DNA from: a virus | IMG/VR virus record: IMGVR_UViG_3300030419_004148 | Coordinates: 11,526-75,525 of that record | DNA: 64,000 nt | Direction: 5' to 3' (one strand) | In this document: piece after piece, positions 8,769 to 18,501 of the stretch | How the letters are laid out: every line of letters starts with the position of its first letter | Numbering within the stretch: the first letter of the stretch is position 1 | Notes under the pieces: generated by a model | Seen by the model: only the letters and a program-made list of their open reading frames with translations | Told to the model about the DNA's origin: nothing | The model's database searches: none | Translations under genes and position numbers: made by a program

Positions 8769-10130
8769 ATGAAGATAATGCCAATTAGTGATTCGCCTTG
8801 GGCTCCTACAGGATTCGGGACGAATACAAGAAATATAGCGTCAATTTTTGCAGAAGAAGGTCATACAATAGGTTATGCTGGGTGTCAAAACGCAGAGCAC
8901 AATCCTACTTGGGAAACACCGTGGCCTTTAGGTCAGGAAGAAAAAAAGGTATCTTTTGAGATATTACCTTTGATGTTTCCGGGTCAAGAAAAGTTTGGAG
9001 AAAAGTCTTTTCCTAAATGGATGGAAGGTTTCCAACCAGAATTAGTATTTACACACCTCGATATTCAAATGTTTGATTATGTTACTAAAGGTAAAGTAAT
9101 AACTGGAGTTAACATTCCTTTTGAAAACCAAGACGGTGGAGCAATAAACAGAGCAGAATTTATTAAAATAGCTAGAAAAGCATTTAAAACAGCTAACAAA
9201 GATAGATTTAAACTTGCCTCTATTATTCCAATTGATGGGCAACCTTCTATACCAGCGTGGATAGAAACAATTAAACACGTTGATTATCCTATAGCAATGT
9301 CTTATTATGGTCAAACTGTAATGAGAGAAGATTTTAATGGATATGATTCTACTGTTATTTCCCACGGTGTAGATACAGATTTCTTTAAACCAGTAGATAT
9401 GCCTAAACCAAATGGTGCGTTTGTTGTGGGGTGTGTGGCACGAAATCAACACCGTAAAAACATACCACGTTTAATGAGGTCATTTAAAATATTTGTAGAA
9501 GAAAATAACATTTCACCTGATGATGCAAAACTATTGTTGCATATGGATTGGACTGACCATATGGGATGGAATATACAATATATGGCAAGTGAGCACGTAT
9601 ATGATATTGCTGATTATCTAATACCACCTACGATGGGTAATTTAGAAAAGGGCGAACACCCTGATGACCAAGGGATGGTTGACATTTACAATATGATGGA
9701 TGTTCACGGTTTGCCAACTGGTGGTGAAGGATTTGGTATTCCTACCGTAGAAGCAATGGCTTGTGGTGTTCCTAATGTAATATGTAACTACACGACTAGT
9801 TATGAATTAGTGGGAGCAGACAAACCAGAATGTCCAACAGAAATGCTTATGCCTCACGGTTGGGATGGTGATGATAATTTAATTGAAACTGATAGAGGTT
9901 TCCTAGTACCGTATAAAGATATAATGTGGGATACTCCTATTAGAGCAGCACCAAGACGTGCTATGTGGGATGAACGAGCAGCAGCAAAAGCTTTTGAGTA
10001 CTATTATAACAACCGTGATGTATGTAAAGAACACGGAAAGAATGCAAGAAAATATGCAGTTAAACATTATGACTGGATGAAAGCAATAGGACCGAAATGG
10101 AAGAAGTGGTTGAAAACAGTGAGAGTATGA
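8769..10130 (+). CDS. Glycosyltransferase family 4 (GT-B)
   Basis: DSP..PTGFG, HGVD..FF.P, ARNQHRKN, GEGFGIPTVEAMACGVP. Confidence 0.9.
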   Translation: MKIMPISDSPWAPTGFGTNTRNIASIFAEEGHTIGYAGCQNAEHNPTWETPWPLGQEEKKVSFEILPLMFPGQEKFGEKSFPKWMEGFQPELVFTHLDIQMFDYVTKGKVITGVNIPFENQDGGAINRAEFIKIARKAFKTANKDRFKLASIIPIDGQPSIPAWIETIKHVDYPIAMSYYGQTVMREDFNGYDSTVISHGVDTDFFKPVDMPKPNGAFVVGCVARNQHRKNIPRLMRSFKIFVEENNISPDDAKLLLHMDWTDHMGWNIQYMASEHVYDIADYLIPPTMGNLEKGEHPDDQGMVDIYNMMDVHGLPTGGEGFGIPTVEAMACGVPNVICNYTTSYELVGADKPECPTEMLMPHGWDGDDNLIETDRGFLVPYKDIMWDTPIRAAPRRAMWDERAAAKAFEYYYNNRDVCKEHGKNARKYAVKHYDWMKAIGPKWKKWLKTVRV

Positions 10131-10786
10131 AAACATATATATTCTATCATTGTACCACAATAGGTGATTATCACCAAAGGTTCTTAAAAACATATTTTAA
10201 GGCAAAATTATCAGGACTTGTAGATAGATGCACTCGATTTTTTGTTTGCATAAATGGTACTGAATCAGTTCAAAATAATTTATTTGAAATAGATAGTAAA
10301 GTAAAAACTATTGTTGTTTCAGAAGAAAAATATCCTAATGAATCTATTACTATAAATACAATAAAAAGATTCTGCGATGATTTAGAAGATAGAGCAAATA
10401 TATTATATATACATAATAAAGGAGTAACAAAGCCAAATGTACTCAACGTTCAAGAATGGGTAGATTATATGGAATATTTTGTTATAGAACAATGGGAAGA
10501 TTGTTTAATGAAATTAAGAATGAATAGTAAATTATGTGTAGGAACTGAAGCAAAACACGGATTTGGTGGTGACCAATGGCATTATTCAGGTGGTTTTTGG
10601 TGGGCACAATCAGAACATATAAAGACATTACCTTTATGTAGCAGTGGTTACTTTGATGCTGAACAGTGGGTATTGAAACCTCTAGATAAAAATGATTTCC
10701 ATAGTTATATGGAATTGAATAAAGAACAAATGGGGTTTTATAACCATAAAATATCAAGGAAGGATTATGAAAATGTGGTTGAGTGA
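10127..10786 (+). CDS. Putative glycosyltransferase-like protein
   Basis: ILYIHNKG..W..YMEYF..HYSGGFWWA..AEQW pattern typical of phage glyco-clusters; ATGA start at 10127. Confidence 0.55.
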   Translation: MKTYIFYHCTTIGDYHQRFLKTYFKAKLSGLVDRCTRFFVCINGTESVQNNLFEIDSKVKTIVVSEEKYPNESITINTIKRFCDDLEDRANILYIHNKGVTKPNVLNVQEWVDYMEYFVIEQWEDCLMKLRMNSKLCVGTEAKHGFGGDQWHYSGGFWWAQSEHIKTLPLCSSGYFDAEQWVLKPLDKNDFHSYMELNKEQMGFYNHKISRKDYENVVE

Positions 10787-10880
10787 ATATGAAAGTCCGA
10801 ATCATCTAGATGTAATGTTTTTCATTATATTCTTTTACCCTCTAGCTGTAGAATATTTAAAATGGAGATTGGGAATATGA
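10773..10880 (+). CDS. Single-TM microprotein (35 aa)
   Basis: MWLSEYESPNHLDVMFFIIFFYPLAVEYLKWRLGI; its stop overlaps the next ATG. Confidence 0.45.
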   Translation: MWLSEYESPNHLDVMFFIIFFYPLAVEYLKWRLGI

Positions 10881-11224
10881 ATTTTGTGTTTGGATTAGAA
10901 GATGTAATATGCACACCTCACGCTGATTTTAATGCGTGTAGACCTATAGCTAATGTAACTCCGTTTATGCAATGGTTAAAGAAAAAGGGACATCACATTA
11001 CAATATGGACAAAAAGATTAAACGATTTAGAATCTAAATTAAAAACTGAACAATGGTTACAGGCTCATCAAATACCTTACGATAGATTAATATTTGATAG
11101 ACCTAGAAAAGCTATTTTTGTAGATGAAACACCTTGTAATGCTAAATATTATACACATAGTGAAGATACTTATGTTGTTGCTGAATTATTTGAGGAATGG
11201 AAGTTAGATTTAGATGTTAGGTAA
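10877..11224 (+). CDS. HAD-superfamily phosphatase-like protein, probably inactive
   Basis: GH.ITIWT.R, T..WL....PYD.L, IFVDE; motif I DxD replaced by GLE. Confidence 0.65.
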   Translation: MNFVFGLEDVICTPHADFNACRPIANVTPFMQWLKKKGHHITIWTKRLNDLESKLKTEQWLQAHQIPYDRLIFDRPRKAIFVDETPCNAKYYTHSEDTYVVAELFEEWKLDLDVR

Positions 11225-11486
11225 AAACGGACCGTTAATGAAAGTGAAATGGCTAGATGCTGTAAATGAAAGAGGAATGAAAAAGATAAATGTAGAAGAC
11301 CCAAGTGAACATTTGTGCTATTGTGAAACAATAGGAGAAGTGGTTGCACAAGATGAAAGAGCTATAATAATTACATATCATTATACTGATTTTGATGGCG
11401 TAGATTTTATATGCATCCCTACTTCTTGGGTTGTTGAAATGGAGGAATTGACTTGTTTAGAGAATTCGGAATCCCAGCAAGGGTAA
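11214..11486 (+). CDS. Small beta protein (Sm-like phage family)
   Basis: VKWLDA..CETIG.VV..D...I.I...IP..WV pattern. Confidence 0.5.
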   Translation: MLGKNGPLMKVKWLDAVNERGMKKINVEDPSEHLCYCETIGEVVAQDERAIIITYHYTDFDGVDFICIPTSWVVEMEELTCLENSESQQG

Positions 11487-12523
11487 GAAAGTGTTATTCG
11501 ACTGAAGATATATTAACATCCCTTGATGAATTTAATGGTAAAAGAAATTGTTACATTAGTGTATATGCGTTTTCTGAAATGGAAGGTAAGAAAACAAATT
11601 ACGAAAGTGCCATTATCAATACTGTGTGGTTTGATTTTGACCATAATAAAGACGTTAGTAAATGTTTAAAAGATGTAAGAAAGTTATATAATCGTTTTTG
11701 TAAACCACGGAATTTATTACCACGTATATATTATACAGGTGGTAGAGGATTTCAAGTAAATATAGATTTTCCTTATCCAATTGATTTACCAGTTAGTATA
11801 AAAAGACAAGCTATTAAAGATTTTTTATTCCATCTAAAAAAGAAATATACCTTAACTACTTTAGATGAACACTGTATAGGAAATAGTGTATCTTGTTTAC
11901 GTAGAATGCCTAATAGTGAATATTTAGATAAGAAAACCTTTGAACCAACTGGTAGAAGATGTATTCAAATAAGTGTTAAAGATTTACTAGAAAGGGATAT
12001 GGATGACATTATGGAATTATCTACAGGTGATTATAAATGCAAAAGACCTGAAAGAAAAGATAATAAGACTATAATAAAAGAATTATTATTTTTTGTATGT
12101 GACAATCTAGGAATTACTCACACACCTACTAATAGTGAAGATTATTTAATTAATGAAATAAATAAATCAAAAGGGTTTCAACCATCAATACAATATGTCG
12201 CTAATAACTTTAGATTACACCCTAGAAAATGTGTAATGGATATGATAAATAAAGCAATTGATGATAACAAATCATCACATACGCAGAACAATATTATTGC
12301 GACTGAATTATTAAACTGTGGATGGAAAGCAGATGACATAGGGTTTATATTTAAATGTATATATAACGAGCCTGCCGGAGACTGGGGTTGGTATACTGAC
12401 GATAACAAAGCAGGAATGCATATTAAGAACCTTTCAGCGAAAGGTATAAATAGGTATTCAAAGGATAGATTACTAGAGTTAAATGTATGTAAGAACAAGA
12501 TTTGTTCTTGCGGAGGTAAATAA
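11453..12523 (+). CDS. Archaeo-eukaryotic primase, PriS fused to a PriL-CTD-like domain
   Basis: WFDFD, YTGGRGF, LRRMPNS; Cys-containing C-terminal domain (PRKC...CKNKICSC). Confidence 0.85.
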   Translation: MFREFGIPARVRKCYSTEDILTSLDEFNGKRNCYISVYAFSEMEGKKTNYESAIINTVWFDFDHNKDVSKCLKDVRKLYNRFCKPRNLLPRIYYTGGRGFQVNIDFPYPIDLPVSIKRQAIKDFLFHLKKKYTLTTLDEHCIGNSVSCLRRMPNSEYLDKKTFEPTGRRCIQISVKDLLERDMDDIMELSTGDYKCKRPERKDNKTIIKELLFFVCDNLGITHTPTNSEDYLINEINKSKGFQPSIQYVANNFRLHPRKCVMDMINKAIDDNKSSHTQNNIIATELLNCGWKADDIGFIFKCIYNEPAGDWGWYTDDNKAGMHIKNLSAKGINRYSKDRLLELNVCKNKICSCGGK

Positions 12524-12834
12524 TGACAAAAGTAGAGAAAAAAGTAAAAGACATCGAAGCTTGGATAGCAGATTTTGAGGAATCTAGCAATGAAAAATTA
12601 GTATTTAGTAATATTAATTTCTTAGTGAATCAATTAAAAAATATGGGTGACAGACTACAAGCTGTAGAACAATCACACATACAACTAGAACAAGCATTAC
12701 AACAAAATGCAAAAACCGTTCAAGATTTTATTGGCGACAATGAACTCGAAAAAAAGTGGAATAAATATTTAGAAGATTTGCAAGAGGACGCTAACGATGC
12801 CACTGAAGAAGGGAAAGAGCAAGAAGACAATTAG
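12523..12834 (+). CDS. Coiled-coil hypothetical protein
   Basis: GGAGGT RBS; heptads. Confidence 0.65.
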   Translation: MTKVEKKVKDIEAWIADFEESSNEKLVFSNINFLVNQLKNMGDRLQAVEQSHIQLEQALQQNAKTVQDFIGDNELEKKWNKYLEDLQEDANDATEEGKEQEDN

Positions 12835-12946
12835 TAAAAATATCCGAAAACTTAGAAAAGAAGGATATAAACCTAAACAAGCAGCAGCAATTGCGTATAA
12901 TACTGCTGGGAAGAAAAAGCGCAAAACACCAAAAAGGAAACGATAA
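12797..12946 (+). CDS. Small basic protein (49 aa)
   Basis: MPLKKGKSKKTISKNIRKLRKEGYKPKQAAAIAYNTAGKKKRKTPKRKR; GAGG RBS; pattern recurrent in phages. Confidence 0.75.
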   Translation: MPLKKGKSKKTISKNIRKLRKEGYKPKQAAAIAYNTAGKKKRKTPKRKR

Positions 12947-12948
12947 AT

Positions 12949-13233
12949 ATGGTAAATACAACTGATTACAAGGTGACAAGATACGAATGGTATCCTTCTG
13001 AAGAGCCTACCGGTATATGCGTAGGTTTTACAGCAACTTGTTCTCCTAATGGAAGAGCACAATACTGGGATACTGTAGTTGCTAGTGGAGCAACTGACGG
13101 AAAAACACAAGATGAAATTGTAGGTTTAGCTTGGGATGCTTTATCTGGAACTTGCGTTCCTTGGGGCGAAGCAAACGAATCAAAATCATCATTAATAGGA
13201 ACAACCTATAAGACAATAACCGGAAGTGCATAA
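12949..13233 (+). CDS. Hypothetical protein, possibly virion-associated
   Basis: ORF track; S/T/G-rich like the structural proteins. Confidence 0.6.
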   Translation: MVNTTDYKVTRYEWYPSEEPTGICVGFTATCSPNGRAQYWDTVVASGATDGKTQDEIVGLAWDALSGTCVPWGEANESKSSLIGTTYKTITGSA

Positions 13234-13373
13234 TGGCTAAAGATGATAAAAAAGAAAAATCTGTAGAAGAAAAAATTGAAGAAGTAGTGGAGGAAGTGAA
13301 AGAAGAAGGTGTAGATGTAGAAGTTACAAAAGAATCTACTGTTAAAAACGCCTCCTCTAACGCTTACGAATAA
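13233..13373 (+). CDS. Small acidic protein (46 aa)
   Basis: MAKDDKKEKSVEEKIEEVVEEVKEEG...; TAATG coupling. Confidence 0.55.
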   Translation: MAKDDKKEKSVEEKIEEVVEEVKEEGVDVEVTKESTVKNASSNAYE

Positions 13374-13604
13374 ATGGTTGCAAGTCCTGAAGAAGGAGCT
13401 GGCATAGTCAAAGCAATGCTTAGATACGTAGATGTAGATATGGCATTAGCAATAGTGGAAGATGTCTGGGAAGAAGTTGGAAAAGAAAGTAGTAATGAAT
13501 CATTAAGAGATAGTATCTTACTATTAAAAGATTATTTAGAGGGACAATGGGAATACTCACTACCAATTCAAAGCGATACCCAGTTTCAGGACAGCGGGTC
13601 GTAG
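13374..13604 (+). CDS. Hypothetical protein
   Basis: ORF track. Confidence 0.6.
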   Translation: MVASPEEGAGIVKAMLRYVDVDMALAIVEDVWEEVGKESSNESLRDSILLLKDYLEGQWEYSLPIQSDTQFQDSGS

Positions 13605-13614
13605 TTGATTATAA

Positions 13615-14463
13615 ATGAACATAGCCTTAATATCATTCGATAGAGCAGACTACATTGAGTCAGTTCTTAAATCATTAAAGCAACAAACATTTCAAGATTT
13701 TAAATTATATTGGTTTAATGACGGGTTAGTTAATAAATATTCTTGGAGAAGAGCAGCTGATTTAGTTAACGTTACTAAATGTTGTGACTTAGCAAAGGAA
13801 TATTTTCCTGACTGTGAAATATTTCTAAGTGATGCTAATATTGGTATCGCAGAAAATTGGAGACGAGCAGAAGTTCATATGTTCTATGATTTAGGATTGG
13901 ACGAATGTGTTTTTATGGAAGATGACTTAGAATTAACGTCTCCTTATTATTTAGAAACATTAAACAATATGTTTGATGCATTTAGAGATGACGAAGAAAT
14001 AGGTATGTTTAGTGCATTTGGAGAGACTACCAGCGTTAAAACTCCCGGTGTTATGAAGAATATGGGGCACTTATGGGCCTTTGGAACTACAAAAAAGGCT
14101 TGGGAAAAAAGACAAGAGGTGTTTTATGATGAATATTATAACTTTGTTAAAGGCACAGATTTTGTATATAGAGACCGTGATGGAATCAGAAAACTATATG
14201 AAAAGTATGGTGGTAAATGGGAAATAGCAGATAGCCAAGACGGTGCTATATGTTTAGCAAGTATGTTAGCAGACCAAATTCATATTAGTACTGAAGTTAA
14301 TTTAGCTACATATATAGGGGAAGTTGGAATGCATTTCAATACACAGACCTATAATCATATGGGTTTCAATAGAACACCTTTATATAACGAGGGTGCCATT
14401 AAGGAATTTACAGTTGATAAAGAAAATATAAAAAAGATACAACGGAAGGAATTTTTAAAATGA
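13615..14463 (+). CDS. GT-A fold glycosyltransferase (GT2-like)
   Basis: FDR..Y...L.SL, FNDG, NIGIA.N, FMEDD, HLWAFGT.K.AW. Confidence 0.8.
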   Translation: MNIALISFDRADYIESVLKSLKQQTFQDFKLYWFNDGLVNKYSWRRAADLVNVTKCCDLAKEYFPDCEIFLSDANIGIAENWRRAEVHMFYDLGLDECVFMEDDLELTSPYYLETLNNMFDAFRDDEEIGMFSAFGETTSVKTPGVMKNMGHLWAFGTTKKAWEKRQEVFYDEYYNFVKGTDFVYRDRDGIRKLYEKYGGKWEIADSQDGAICLASMLADQIHISTEVNLATYIGEVGMHFNTQTYNHMGFNRTPLYNEGAIKEFTVDKENIKKIQRKEFLK

Positions 14464-15518
14464 GAACAGTCTTAATTACAGGTATTGGAGGTTTAATGGG
14501 CGCTCGTATGGCTCATTGGATTTTAGAAAATACTAATCATAGAGTTGTTGGTATAGATGATTTATCTGGAGGATATAAATCTAATATTCCTAAAAAGGCC
14601 AAATTTTACCACTTTGATTTATCCACCAATGCAATAGTATCTGGTGAAAAGGGCAATAATAGATATGGTGATTATGGGTTAGAGTGGATTTTTGAACAAG
14701 AAAAACCAGATTTTGTATATCATTTTGCAGCTTATGCTGCCGAATGTCTAAGTCCTTTTATTAGAAGGTATAATTACAGCAATAACTTACTATCTACAGC
14801 AAATGTCATAAATGAATGTATAAGGCACGATGTTAAAAGACTAGTTTTTACATCTTCAATGGCAGTATATGGAGAAGCTAATGACCCTCCATTCGATGAG
14901 TCTTATGAAAGGGCACCTAAAGACCCTTATGGTGTAGCTAAAGCAGGTTGTGAACTCGATATTGAAATTGCGGGAGTACAACACGGATTAGATTGGTGTA
15001 TTATTAGACCCCATAACGTTTATGGTATTAAACAAAATATATGGGATAAATATAGGAATGTTTTAGGTATATGGATGTATCAATTTTTAAACGATAAACC
15101 ATTATTAATATATGGAGATGGAAATCAAAAAAGAGCTTTTAGTTACATTGATGATTGTTTGTTTCCTATGTGGAAGGCAGCAATTAAACCTGAAGCCAGC
15201 AAACAGATAATTAATTTAGGTGGAACACAAGAAGTAAGTATAAATGAAGCTTGTGAAACTTTAACAAAGGTATTTGATAATGATACGAGTGGTTATGCAG
15301 ATAAACCAGTTAGAATAAAACATATGGAACCTCGACACGAAGTTAGACGTGCTTGGTCTACTTATCAAAAATCTGTAGATATATTAGATTATTCAGATAA
15401 TACGAGTTTAGAAAAGGGATTAACTCAAATGTGGAATTGGGCAAAGACTCAACCAATGAAAAAAAGGAAGAAAATGAAATATGAAATCGATAAAGAATTG
15501 TACTCTTATTGGAATTGA
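14460..15518 (+). CDS. NAD-dependent nucleotide-sugar epimerase/dehydratase
   Basis: TGIGGLMG, DDLSGG, TSSMAVYG, YGVAK, RPHNVYG, GDGNQKRAF. Confidence 0.92.
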   Translation: MRTVLITGIGGLMGARMAHWILENTNHRVVGIDDLSGGYKSNIPKKAKFYHFDLSTNAIVSGEKGNNRYGDYGLEWIFEQEKPDFVYHFAAYAAECLSPFIRRYNYSNNLLSTANVINECIRHDVKRLVFTSSMAVYGEANDPPFDESYERAPKDPYGVAKAGCELDIEIAGVQHGLDWCIIRPHNVYGIKQNIWDKYRNVLGIWMYQFLNDKPLLIYGDGNQKRAFSYIDDCLFPMWKAAIKPEASKQIINLGGTQEVSINEACETLTKVFDNDTSGYADKPVRIKHMEPRHEVRRAWSTYQKSVDILDYSDNTSLEKGLTQMWNWAKTQPMKKRKKMKYEIDKELYSYWN

Positions 15519-16224
15519 AGGTGTAGAGAAAAGATTACCGCAGTTCCTTAAGGCTGCTAATATCTGTCAACATTATATGAAATTTACAAATGTAAAACTA
15601 TTATCTCCTTTTAAAATAGATAGTCCAAATTGGGTTCGTATAAAGAAGTTACCAGATAGAGATGCTTATTGTAAATTCGTAATAAAAGATTTACACAGAT
15701 ATATAGATACTAAGTATTTTTTATTATTTCAAAATGATGGTTGGATTTTAAACCCTGATGCGTGGGAAGACGACTTTTTAAATTATGATTATATAGGAGC
15801 AGCGTGGGGATGGGATGAATACCCGTGCGGTAATGGAGGTTTTACTTTTAGAAGTAAAGCATTAATGGAAGAATGTAGTAGGGTGATTATTAATCAATAT
15901 GAACCAGAGGATTTAGTTATTTGTACTAAATATAAACCTCACTTAGAGTCAAAAGGATTTAAGTTTGCACCTAGAGAGGTAGCAGAAAAATTCGCTTTAG
16001 AAAAGAACTTCAAGTATGAAGACAAATGGAATGGACAGTTTGGATTTCACGATATAGAAAAAACTGACATAAGTGGATGGAAACCACCTAAACCTGAATA
16101 TGCCCTTGATTGGGACCAATTTGCTATGCAAATGAGAGGTAAAAATTTAAGATTTAGAGAATACCCACCTACCATAGAAGCAAGTGTTTTGAAACTTTCA
16201 AAAGACGAGCGGGACAAACTTTAA
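15481..16224 (+). CDS. DUF5672-like putative glycosyltransferase
   Basis: QNDG..L...W.DDFL.YDYIGA.W..GNGGF..RSK..PED..FGFH. Confidence 0.75.
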   Translation: MKSIKNCTLIGIEGVEKRLPQFLKAANICQHYMKFTNVKLLSPFKIDSPNWVRIKKLPDRDAYCKFVIKDLHRYIDTKYFLLFQNDGWILNPDAWEDDFLNYDYIGAAWGWDEYPCGNGGFTFRSKALMEECSRVIINQYEPEDLVICTKYKPHLESKGFKFAPREVAEKFALEKNFKYEDKWNGQFGFHDIEKTDISGWKPPKPEYALDWDQFAMQMRGKNLRFREYPPTIEASVLKLSKDERDKL

Positions 16225-16257
16225 TTACTTTGACGTCAGTAAGAAATAAGTGATAAA

Positions 16258-18126
16258 ATGTTTAAAAATGAAGTAGCAGAATTTATATATAAGAGAACAT
16301 ATTCTCGGTGGATAGAAGAAGAAGGTCGTCGTGAAGAGTGGCCTGAGACTATAGAAAGATTGATTGATTTTCTAATTTCAAAAAAGGGTAAAAAAATACC
16401 AGAAAAAACAATAAGAAAAATAAGAAAATATATGACCGAGTTTGCAGTAATGCCTTCTATGAGGATGTTGTGGGCAGCTGGTCCAGCAGCTGAAAAAGAT
16501 AATACTGTTATTTACAATTGTTCTTTTGCTAAACTTAATTGTGTAGAAGCTTTTGCAGAATGTTTACATATATTAATGTGTGGCACTGGATTTGGATTTT
16601 CTGTAGAAAAAGAAGAAACTGAAAAATTACCTTCAATCCCTGAAATTAAATCAGGTAAAGATAAAGCTAGAATCATTATAGAAGATTCTAGAGAAGGGTG
16701 GGCAGATTCAGTAAAAACATTAATGACTAGTTTATATGAAGGACAGAATTTATATTTTGATTATTCTCTATTAAGACCGGAGGGGGCTCGTCTGGGGACT
16801 ATGGGTGGTAGGTCATCCGGTCCTCAGCCGTTAATTAAACTGCACGATTTTATACGTGAAACTATGCATAATGCACAGGGTAGAAAACTAACTACTCTAG
16901 AATGTCACGATATAGCAAATCAAATAGCAGAAATAGTAGTTGCGGGGGGAGTGAGACGTAGTTCACAAATATCATTATCAGATTTAGATGATGAAGAAAT
17001 GCGTCACGCAAAAGATTGGCCTTTCCCTATTAGAAGAGCTATGGCAAATAATTCTGCTATATATAGAAACAAACCTTCTGCTGCAGATTTCTTAGTAGAA
17101 TGGGGTGTATTAGCAAAATCGGGCAGCGGTGAACGTGGGATATTTAATTTATTATCTGCCCAAAATAAAGCACCAAGTCGTAGATATGCACCACTTATTC
17201 AAGGAACTAACCCTTGCGGCGAAATAATGTTACGTGATATGGAATTTTGTAACCTATCTGAAGTTGTAGTTAGGGAAGATGATGACTTAGATACACTTTT
17301 AGACAAAGTAGAAACAGCTACTTGGTTAGGTGTTTTACAATCAACTTTCACTGACTTCCCATATCTTAGAAAAGAGTGGAAAAAGAATTGTGGCGTAGAA
17401 CGTCTTTTAGGCGTTAGTTTAACTGGACAGATGGATAGACCCTCCCTAATGAACTCGGAGGTCTTAAAAGCCCTTAAATCGCGTGTTATACGCATTTCTC
17501 GTAAAGCATCGACAGCATTGGGTGTCAATATGCCTGTAGCGACCACTTGTGTTAAGCCTTCAGGCACAGTATCACAGTTAGTAGATTCAGCTAGTGGATG
17601 TCATCCTAGATACTCTCAATATTATATTAGAAGATATAGGATATCTGCAACTGACCCACTATTCACAATGTTAAAAGACCAAGGTGTGCCTTGCCATCCA
17701 GAAAACGGTCAAGATGAAGAAACAGCAACAACGTGGGTATTAGAATTCCCAGTAAAAGCCCCTGAAGGGTGTCTTACTAGAAAGGATGTAACTGCGATGG
17801 ACCAATTAAGTCATTATAAAAATTTACAACTTAACTGGTGTGAACATAATGCAAGTATGACTGTGTATGTAAGAGAGGATGAATGGTTTGAAGTAGGCAA
17901 TTGGGTATACAAAAACTGGGATATTATTAATGGAGTATCATTTTTACCATACGATGGAGGGCATTACGAATTAGCCCCTTATGAAGAAATAGACCATTAT
18001 ACCTACGAAAGTCTTATAAAGAAATTCCCCAATATTAATTATAGCAAGCTTTCGCAATATGAATTAGAGGACGAAACTCAAGGTTCACGAGAGTATGCTT
18101 GTACAGGTGATAAATGTGACATTTGA
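16258..18126 (+). CDS. nrdJ: Class II (B12-dependent) ribonucleotide reductase
   Basis: YNC, GTNPCGEI, CNLSE, TCVKPSGT, C-terminal ACTGDKC. Confidence 0.95.
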   Translation: MFKNEVAEFIYKRTYSRWIEEEGRREEWPETIERLIDFLISKKGKKIPEKTIRKIRKYMTEFAVMPSMRMLWAAGPAAEKDNTVIYNCSFAKLNCVEAFAECLHILMCGTGFGFSVEKEETEKLPSIPEIKSGKDKARIIIEDSREGWADSVKTLMTSLYEGQNLYFDYSLLRPEGARLGTMGGRSSGPQPLIKLHDFIRETMHNAQGRKLTTLECHDIANQIAEIVVAGGVRRSSQISLSDLDDEEMRHAKDWPFPIRRAMANNSAIYRNKPSAADFLVEWGVLAKSGSGERGIFNLLSAQNKAPSRRYAPLIQGTNPCGEIMLRDMEFCNLSEVVVREDDDLDTLLDKVETATWLGVLQSTFTDFPYLRKEWKKNCGVERLLGVSLTGQMDRPSLMNSEVLKALKSRVIRISRKASTALGVNMPVATTCVKPSGTVSQLVDSASGCHPRYSQYYIRRYRISATDPLFTMLKDQGVPCHPENGQDEETATTWVLEFPVKAPEGCLTRKDVTAMDQLSHYKNLQLNWCEHNASMTVYVREDEWFEVGNWVYKNWDIINGVSFLPYDGGHYELAPYEEIDHYTYESLIKKFPNINYSKLSQYELEDETQGSREYACTGDKCDI

Positions 18127-18388
18127 TAAAGATGTAACCGGATATGGACGCAAAATGGGAAGAAACGGTGGAGGTAACGGGATTAATATGGAAGACCCAC
18201 ACGCTTACACTGATGCTGAGATAGACCAAGACCTTCTCGATGATTATGGTGTCACTATGTACAAATATGGTACTTATACACCGGGTGTAGGAATAAGATA
18301 CAGAACAGAAAACCCTGATAATACAGAAGCTCACGGCTCATCTTTCAAACCTAGAAAGACTGGACAAGGCTTACCGTGGGACCTTTAA
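18095..18388 (+). CDS. Hypothetical protein (start probably downstream of the RNR stop)
   Basis: ORF track. Confidence 0.5.
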   Translation: MLVQVINVTFDKDVTGYGRKMGRNGGGNGINMEDPHAYTDAEIDQDLLDDYGVTMYKYGTYTPGVGIRYRTENPDNTEAHGSSFKPRKTGQGLPWDL

Positions 18389-18501
18389 GAAATTATTACG
18401 GACAAACTTGCCCTCGTTGTAAGAAAAGAGCCTTTGCTCACACCTACGATGGTAGAGTTTATTGTTGTTTTTGTAATAACCCTTACGATACTAAAAATTG
18501 A
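18376..18501 (+). CDS. Zn-ribbon microprotein (41 aa, GTG start)
   Basis: CPRC...CCFC; last + strand ORF before the strand switch. Confidence 0.45.
   Translation: MGPLRNYYGQTCPRCKKRAFAHTYDGRVYCCFCNNPYDTKN

Noticed and set aside
18376-18501. Ribosomal protein S27ae homolog
   Set aside because: Only the CPRC...C..C ribbon is similar; the N-terminal S27ae segment is absent.
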